This document shows, in pieces, positions 26,899 to 32,000 of a stretch of 32,000 bases of DNA. Position 1 is the first letter of the stretch, and each line of letters opens with the position of its first letter. This stretch comes from Promethearchaeota archaeon (GTDB taxonomy: Archaea > Asgardarchaeota > Hermodarchaeia > Hermodarchaeales > Hermodarchaeaceae): positions 60,001 to 92,000 of the forward strand of contig JBHLMI010000005.1 of assembly GCA_048938295.1 (NCBI GenBank), written 5' to 3'. Made by a program: the position numbers and the translations under genes. The notes under the pieces were generated by a model. The model made no database searches and was not told the origin of the DNA. It was given only the letters and a program-made list of their open reading frames with translations.

Positions 26899-27070
26899 CG
26901 TCGTGAATGGAGTCATACAACGGTGAAACACAGATTGGTGTGGTCTCCCCTTCAGGAGTGATACATTTGAAATCCTCGGGAACCTTTGCGGGGGCAGGTA
27001 ACCGTGCGGAGACCCGGAACTTCCCATCGAGGATACTGAGCCAGATTTCAGGATACTTACACTCTGTCAT
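26786..27070 (-). CDS. Possible small hypothetical protein (94 aa)
   Basis: ATG 27070 (MTECKYPEIW...) fills the otherwise empty 255-nt dedA-rnhB gap, but overlaps the dedA 3' end by 113 nt. Confidence 0.35.
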   Translation of the reverse strand: MTECKYPEIWLSILDGKFRVSARLPAPAKVPEDFKCITPEGETTPICVSPLYDSIHDAKGRAAALQADLQNQGCKVMFFFELRPAVVGNPHSEG

Positions 27071-27153
27071 AGATGCCACACGCAAGTAAAGTAAGTAAGA
27101 ACTAATAAGCCTGAGTAATTGTTAATGGTTTCGGAGTAAAGAGAATAGCAGAT

Positions 27154-27822
27154 TTGGTGTTGGGATTGCCGCAACATATTGCAGGTGTCGACGATGCAGG
27201 TCGAGGCCCTGTTATTGGACCCTTAGTGATTGCCGGAGTAGAAATAACAACATCTCAGGAAGATGCACTTATTGAATGTGGAGTTCGGGATTCAAAGACA
27301 TTAAGTGCTCGTCGTCGTGAACTGCTAGCTCATCGAGTTCACAACCTCGCCAACAGAGTCGAGGTTCTCGAAATTAGTGCAAAACGAATTGATGCTGAAC
27401 GAAAAAAGAACCGCAGCTTGAACATCTTAGAGGCAGAATGGATGGCACAAGTATTGAACCGACTCAGGTGGGATGTTGCATATGTTGATGCTTCGGATGT
27501 GAACGCGGAACGTTATGGTCGGATCATTTCTTCGCAGTTAACCACGCCAAGAAAGATTGTCAGTGAACATAAAGCAGATTCAACATATCCAGTCGTTGCT
27601 GCCGCCTCAATCATCGCTAAAGTTCACCGCGATCAGCGGATTCGCGAATTCCACAAACAGTATGGTGACTTTGGGAGTGGCTATCCTAATGATCCTAAAA
27701 CGAGATACTTTCTAATCAATTGGATTCGAAACAATAGCGAGTTTCCTCATATCGTACGAAAATCGTGGAAAACGGCACAGGAAATTCATGCCGCAAATCG
27801 ACAGGAAACTCTTACTGATTGA
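27154..27822 (+). CDS. rnhB: Ribonuclease HII
   Basis: GVDDAGRGPVIGPLV, GVRDSK.L, YVDASD, HKADSTYPVVAAASIIAKV.RD, GSGYPND. Confidence 0.95.
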   Translation: MVLGLPQHIAGVDDAGRGPVIGPLVIAGVEITTSQEDALIECGVRDSKTLSARRRELLAHRVHNLANRVEVLEISAKRIDAERKKNRSLNILEAEWMAQVLNRLRWDVAYVDASDVNAERYGRIISSQLTTPRKIVSEHKADSTYPVVAAASIIAKVHRDQRIREFHKQYGDFGSGYPNDPKTRYFLINWIRNNSEFPHIVRKSWKTAQEIHAANRQETLTD

Positions 27823-27841
27823 AAAGCAGTGAAATAGGGAA

Positions 27842-29425
27842 TTAAGTAGCTTCCGTTTCTTCTTTCTTTTTCTTTTTCGCTTTCTTCTCTTCCTTCTTCC
27901 GTTTCTCTGCTTCCTTCCGCTGCTTCTCTTCCTCTTCCAAGCGCTTTTCCTCAGCCTTCCGCGTCTCTTCCTCTTCCTTCTTCTTCTGTTTCTCTGCTTC
28001 CTTCCGCTGCTTCTCTTCCTCTTTTAGACGCCTCTCCTCTTCCTTGCGTTTTTGCTCTTCTTCCTTCTTCTGTCGCTTCTCCTCTTCCTTCCGCTGCTTC
28101 TCTTCCTCTTCCAAGCGCTTTTCCTCAGCCTTCCGCGCCTTCTCCTCTTCCTTCTGGATGCGCTTCGCTTCTTTTTCATCAACTTCAAGTAACTCAGTGG
28201 TTTCTGGAGGTTCTGTCTCGGCAAGTTCAGGAGGTGGAGTCATTTCTGCTTCCATCTCGGGAAGTTCTTCTTCACCCTCTTCCTTCTTCCGTTTCTTGCG
28301 TTCCTTCATCTTCTCCCGCATACGCATATACGTCTCGCTGAGCAGCTCCAGATGCCGTTTCGCGATATCTGGATGAATGTCCTTGGCTTCTAAGCGTTCC
28401 TGAATGCGGAGCACCAAAAACTCAGGGAAAAAGGACTCAAAGTGCACATCAGCGGTTAACACAATCACTGGATCATCGTTGGCGGACACCTCAACAGTAT
28501 TCTCGCCCATCTTCGTAATCACTTGTATTTGCTCTAACCGACGCAACACGTTATCTAGCGATGCTTCCTTCTCAACGACACCAACCAGCTCGGATTTATG
28601 CGCGATTTTCCGTCGCAGGGTCTTGGTTACATCATAGATGTCAGGATCAAGCAGCAGCTGGCCAATCATAATCGTATCTTCTTCGGTCCACTGATACGCC
28701 TCGAAAAAGCGCTTCACTTGTTCCTCATATTCAGCATACTGTTGTTTGTTCAAACCACCACTCTTGGCCAATTTTAGCGATTGTTCAGGGGGAAACCGTG
28801 CCCCGAGTAAGTCATTGACCATAAAGACACAGTTATCAGATACCGCATTAATCCAATCCTCTTCCACTAGCCCACTACGCAATAAGGGCAACGTTACCAG
28901 ACCCAAGTCTGGATAGTGCTTCCCGGTCTGCAGCTCAAGCCACTCCCGTAGCTCTTCGGCCGAAATCCCACCCCGAGATAATTTGTGCATGAGCAACCGG
29001 GTTTCCTGATCTACGAAGACTTTGGCAAGCCGCTGCTCCACCGACAGCTCCACCATCCGCTTCAGCTTCTCAAATACTTCACCCAGATACTCCACAAACT
29101 CGGGCTCACCAATATTCTCTACAATCTCACTCGATGCAAGCGTCAACCCCTCCTCATATGCACGCGGCTCCTCATCCAGCTCCATAAACAACATGATACA
29201 GAACTGATCACGGCCACGAAGAATCCCAGTGTAAAAACTACTCACCGCCAGATTCGTTCCTTCAAGCGTCATCGTCAGAAACCCCGCCTCGGGTTTACCC
29301 ATCGCATGCGCAGTGAAGACCCGCAACATATCATCTTCAGAAACTTCAAGATTACGAGGATACACCCCGACGATACGAAGCCCGACCTTGTCGTCCCACC
29401 GACATATGCTTAGACCTTTTGGCAT
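27842..29425 (-). CDS. uDENN/longin-type N-terminal domain + wHTH-like domains + charged single-alpha-helix tail (527 aa)
   Basis: ATG 29425 with GGGAG SD. GLSICRWDDKVGLRIVGVYP resembles the first hairpin of uDENN/NPR2-type longins. ISAEELREWL...PLLRSGLV and SLDNVLRRLEQIQVI are wHTH-like. E/K/R-rich tail. Confidence 0.78.
   Translation of the reverse strand: MPKGLSICRWDDKVGLRIVGVYPRNLEVSEDDMLRVFTAHAMGKPEAGFLTMTLEGTNLAVSSFYTGILRGRDQFCIMLFMELDEEPRAYEEGLTLASSEIVENIGEPEFVEYLGEVFEKLKRMVELSVEQRLAKVFVDQETRLLMHKLSRGGISAEELREWLELQTGKHYPDLGLVTLPLLRSGLVEEDWINAVSDNCVFMVNDLLGARFPPEQSLKLAKSGGLNKQQYAEYEEQVKRFFEAYQWTEEDTIMIGQLLLDPDIYDVTKTLRRKIAHKSELVGVVEKEASLDNVLRRLEQIQVITKMGENTVEVSANDDPVIVLTADVHFESFFPEFLVLRIQERLEAKDIHPDIAKRHLELLSETYMRMREKMKERKKRKKEEGEEELPEMEAEMTPPPELAETEPPETTELLEVDEKEAKRIQKEEEKARKAEEKRLEEEEKQRKEEEKRQKKEEEQKRKEEERRLKEEEKQRKEAEKQKKKEEEETRKAEEKRLEEEEKQRKEAEKRKKEEKKAKKKKKEETEAT
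27875..28135 (-). repeat. Intragenic tandem repeat, 3 x 87 bp (29 aa)
   Basis: An exact 53-bp duplicate at 27911-27963 and 28085-28137 (offset 174), and an exact 36-bp duplicate at 27901-27936 and 27988-28023 (offset 87). Confidence 0.9.
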
Positions 29426-29469
29426 ACTTTTAAACTCCCGTTTATTCAAATAAGTTCTGTAGCTATGGG

Positions 29470-29476
29470 TTTTAAA
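29470..29476 (-). promoter_or_regulatory. Candidate TATA box (TTTAAAA) for the 527-aa gene
   Basis: 45 nt upstream of ATG 29425, inside the 185-nt gap. Confidence 0.35.
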
Positions 29477-29610
29477 GTGACCCGTTAACACTCGGTTTTG
29501 ACTATCTGGATTCCCGTATTTAACTTGTTTGTCGGTTCCGGTATTCCGAGGTTTCCGGTTGTTGCTTTCTGCAATTTTTCGCAAGAAAAATGAGGATTAT
29601 TGAGATCTGG

Positions 29611-30480
29611 CTAGTCTGTGGTCGCTTCTGCCACTGCACCGAGGATGATTTTATAGAGGATTTCGCGGTATCGGGGATCGATGGCGACGAGTCCGTAAGC
29701 TTGCACGCCGAGGATGCGTTGGACGAGTTTGGGTGCGAGGGCGCCGGGGAGGTCTTGTTTGTTGGCGATGGCCCAGACGATGGAGGAGGGGGAGTTTTTG
29801 CGGACAACTTCGAGGATGTCGCGGGTTTCGAGGACGTTTTTGAGGGTGGAGTCAGTGACGAGTAAGACGGCGTCGGCGTTGCGGAGGTAGTAGTTCCAGA
29901 GGGAGCGGAAGCGATCTTGGCCAGCGAAGTCCCAGACGGCGAGTTCGTAGGGACCGAAGCGGACGCCTTGGAGAGTTTCGATGTCGACGGCGATGGTGGG
30001 ATAGTAGTCGCCGGGAATGCTTTCGGCGGTGAGGAGTTTGAGCATGGTTGATTTGCCGACCCCGCCTTGGCCGAGGAGGCAGATTTTGAGCATGGTGACG
30101 ATGACGTTATCAAGTTCGGCGCCAAAGCCTTTGAAGGCTTCGCCGAGGGGGACGGGGGTTTGGATGTAGGCGTCGATTTCGTGGCCGAATTTGGTAAGGA
30201 GGAGTTCCTGGGTTTTTTTAAGTGTGCCTTTGATTTTTTCGTCTTCGTCGTTCATGTCGACGGCGAAAACGAGGAGGAGGTGAGTGCCGGCTTCTTTGTA
30301 GATGAATTTAATGTTTTTGACGTGAATGGGCAGATCGACTTGGCTACCGAGTTCGGATTCGAAGTGTTTGTAGGTGGCAAGAAATTCTTGTCGTTCTTCA
30401 GAGGAGATTTCCACTGACCAGTATTGGCGGTGGAAAGCAAGGCGGCCATCTCGGGTCATGATGAAGACGTTGTGAATCAT
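29611..30480 (-). CDS. Longin domain + Arf-like small GTPase fusion (289 aa)
   Basis: ATG 30480 with AGGAG SD. Longin MIHNVFIMTRDGRLAFHRQYW...IKFIYKEAGTHLLLVFAVD. G1 GQGGVGKS, G2 YYPTI, G3 WDFAGQDRFRSLWNYY, G4 ANKQDLPGA (the last two are Arf-like). Confidence 0.9.
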   Translation of the reverse strand: MIHNVFIMTRDGRLAFHRQYWSVEISSEERQEFLATYKHFESELGSQVDLPIHVKNIKFIYKEAGTHLLLVFAVDMNDEDEKIKGTLKKTQELLLTKFGHEIDAYIQTPVPLGEAFKGFGAELDNVIVTMLKICLLGQGGVGKSTMLKLLTAESIPGDYYPTIAVDIETLQGVRFGPYELAVWDFAGQDRFRSLWNYYLRNADAVLLVTDSTLKNVLETRDILEVVRKNSPSSIVWAIANKQDLPGALAPKLVQRILGVQAYGLVAIDPRYREILYKIILGAVAEATTD

Positions 30481-30502
30481 GGAATAGTGTTTCTCCTTTT
30501 GG

Positions 30503-31522
30503 TTATTCGGCGCGGGTAATGGCTTTTTCTTGAGGTGTAGCGCGTCGCTGTCGTTGTTTGTAATGGGGGAGCTTTTTTTCATCCGAACTCAGGAGGTTAC
30601 GGAGCTCCCGATAATTGCGACGCAGTGAGGTACGTGAACAACCCACGAGTTCGATTATATCGTTTTCGGGTATTGAATCCCCGGTTTGTTTTGCGCTATA
30701 GTAAGCAATGGAAGCAGCAATGATTGGGCGTGGATGCCCTTGGAAGAGACCTTCTTGTCCGACATATTCAACGATGTTGTGAGCGTATTCCTCAGTTTCC
30801 GGTTCTATCTCCAAAATTGCGAACAGGCGATCGAGTATAGCATGGACTGGCTCAGCCCAGGCGCCAGATTTGGTGTCTTTAAACTTTTGTCGTTCTTGAT
30901 CGTAGTCTTCAAGGATGCGTTGGATTCCGGCACGGACCAACTGGCGAGCGTTGGCAAGTTGGTTTTGGCGTTGGCGTCGAATATAACGGGGGCATTGGGG
31001 GTATCCGGGCATGTCATAGATGGTTAAATAGCATTGTTTCTTAACCACACGGCAAAAAGACGTCATTTTATCAGTTTTTATGGGTCGCTCATAGACGTAG
31101 GGGCATAGTGATTGGTCACGTGACCCACCCCTACGTTCAATTTTTCTGTAGCTATCCGAAAGAATCTGCCGATACCGCCGTTTTCTGTTTGTAGGGTTCC
31201 CGCTTGTTTTTGTTATTCGCTGCAGTGTCTTGAGGAGAATCTCCTCATAAGGGGAGCCCTCTTCTTCAGCTGTAAGCAGTACGAAGAGACAGATATCGTC
31301 TTCAGCACCATCTCGCATGAAACGCGTGCATACAACTGCTGCACGTTCCTTAACGTCTTTGGTAGGAAAAATTTGAAATGTGGTTCCTAGGTCCTGAGGG
31401 GCACTGCCATAATACATCATCGACATGTCGGTGACCTCAAATTCCAATGAACCAGGATACTTGGATAGTATCTTTAGTCCTTCTTTGGTATCCCATTGAC
31501 TAACGACGAGGCCCCGAGGGAT
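30503..31522 (-). CDS. uDENN/longin-type domain + Cys4 finger + single TFIIB-type cyclin repeat (339 aa; probable ATC start)
   Basis: The frame is open 25 codons upstream of the track's TTG 31447, giving IPRGLVVSQWDTKEGLKILSKYP, which is homologous to the start of the 29425 gene. Cys spacing is C-x16-C-x6-C-x12-C. LDRLFAILEI...AHNIV...GLFQG..RPIIAASIAY...ENDIIELVGCSRTSLRRNYREL matches a TFB cyclin repeat. Confidence 0.8.
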   Translation of the reverse strand: MPRGLVVSQWDTKEGLKILSKYPGSLEFEVTDMSMMYYGSAPQDLGTTFQIFPTKDVKERAAVVCTRFMRDGAEDDICLFVLLTAEEEGSPYEEILLKTLQRITKTSGNPTNRKRRYRQILSDSYRKIERRGGSRDQSLCPYVYERPIKTDKMTSFCRVVKKQCYLTIYDMPGYPQCPRYIRRQRQNQLANARQLVRAGIQRILEDYDQERQKFKDTKSGAWAEPVHAILDRLFAILEIEPETEEYAHNIVEYVGQEGLFQGHPRPIIAASIAYYSAKQTGDSIPENDIIELVGCSRTSLRRNYRELRNLLSSDEKKLPHYKQRQRRATPQEKAITRAE

Positions 31523-31672
31523 GATGAGTCACCTTCCATGCAGACAGAGCTATAGTTTACGAAGTTGTTACTTGGCTTAAGTCAAAGTTTGGAAACGCCA
31601 CAGAAAAAGGTTTTTGCACATCGGAAGGTACCCTCAATTCATTCCGAGATACTGAAACCACCATAAAACACG

Positions 31673-32000
31673 CTAATGGGTTCTAAGCCTCCAAAGTAGA
31701 AGTACAATAACGACAGAAATACCCAGAATCGTAAATCCCAACATGAAAGGAAATAGCTGGTCCCATCTCGATGTAGGAAGACTAACTGAATTACCAATTA
31801 TTGCCGGGTAGATGAACTCATCGAAATATGCATAGTATTCTTCTGAGCTATAGGGGGCGGCACCAAAGGCAAGAACAAGATCCTCTTGGGGAAGTACAAA
31901 AACACGCATACCGCCTGCGCCTCTCATTGAATAACCGGAGATGGGAAGATCAATCCACCACTGATAGCCATACCCTTCCCCATACGTAAAGACAAAGTGA
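31673..32000 (-). CDS. 3' fragment of a serine hydrolase (beta-lactamase-related family) with a C-terminal TM anchor
   Basis: The frame is open to the window edge: ...GYGYQWWIDLPISGYSMRGAGGMRVFVLPQEDLVL..., then a hydrophobic tail FPFMLGFTILGISVVIVLLLW followed by RLRTH. Confidence 0.7.
   Translation of the reverse strand, partial: HFVFTYGEGYGYQWWIDLPISGYSMRGAGGMRVFVLPQEDLVLAFGAAPYSSEEYYAYFDEFIYPAIIGNSVSLPTSRWDQLFPFMLGFTILGISVVIVLLLWRLRTH

Noticed and set aside
27875-28140. CRISPR array or transposon-related repeat
   Set aside because: The repeats are in frame within a CDS, with no unique spacers, cas genes, transposase or terminal inverted repeats.
29530-29560. ORB origin-recognition box
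   Set aside because: Only a GGAAAC fragment; no full ORB consensus, no AT-rich unwinding element and no cdc6/orc1 in the window.
29426-29584. 53-aa N-terminal extension of the 580-aa track ORF
   Set aside because: The SD, the TATA candidate and the paralog alignment all support ATG 29425.
29520-30449. Ser/Pro-rich 201-aa ORF and other alternate-frame or antisense ORFs over the longin-GTPase gene
   Set aside because: By-products of the strongly C-ending codon usage; low-complexity translations.
30481-30582. 34-aa N-terminal extension of the GTPase ORF
   Set aside because: It overlaps the upstream gene; the AGGAG SD precedes ATG 30480, where the longin begins.
30503-31522. Calling this gene tfb
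   Set aside because: Only one cyclin repeat, and no N-terminal zinc ribbon or B-reader.
1-32000. tRNA, rRNA and the remaining short antisense ORFs in the track
   Set aside because: No cloverleaf or rRNA-like segments seen in the intergenic gaps; the short ORFs lie within well-supported genes and lack motifs.

Overview
Gene-dense archaeal window, almost certainly from an Asgard archaeon (inference from four longin-type domains, two small GTPases, a MIT-domain protein, and archaeal-type ligase, RNase HII, AsnRS, AOR and GGR). From left to right it holds: an XPB/Bax1 repair locus interrupted by a large PIN-helical protein; a MIT + degenerate-PLD protein with the architecture of eukaryotic MITD1; a longin-wHTH protein; asnS with a Rab-like GTPase; a ferredoxin-AOR / GGR / ACAD-SCP2-MaoC / ALDH / class V aminotransferase metabolic block; a 1792-aa TrmB-like protein with about 1,550 helical residues between its wHTH and PLD-fold domains; lig, ssb, dedA and rnhB; and a co-oriented three-gene module. 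That module encodes (i) uDENN/longin + Cys4 finger + TFIIB-type cyclin repeat, apparently starting at a non-canonical ATC, (ii) longin + Arf-like GTPase, and (iii) a paralogous uDENN/longin + wHTH + 29-aa-repeat charged helix. It is my best candidate for an undescribed system. Two sharp, orientation-independent strand-composition flips sit at the two GTPase genes. I found no rRNA, tRNA, CRISPR array or mobile element. All domain calls come from motif recognition by eye, not from database searches.
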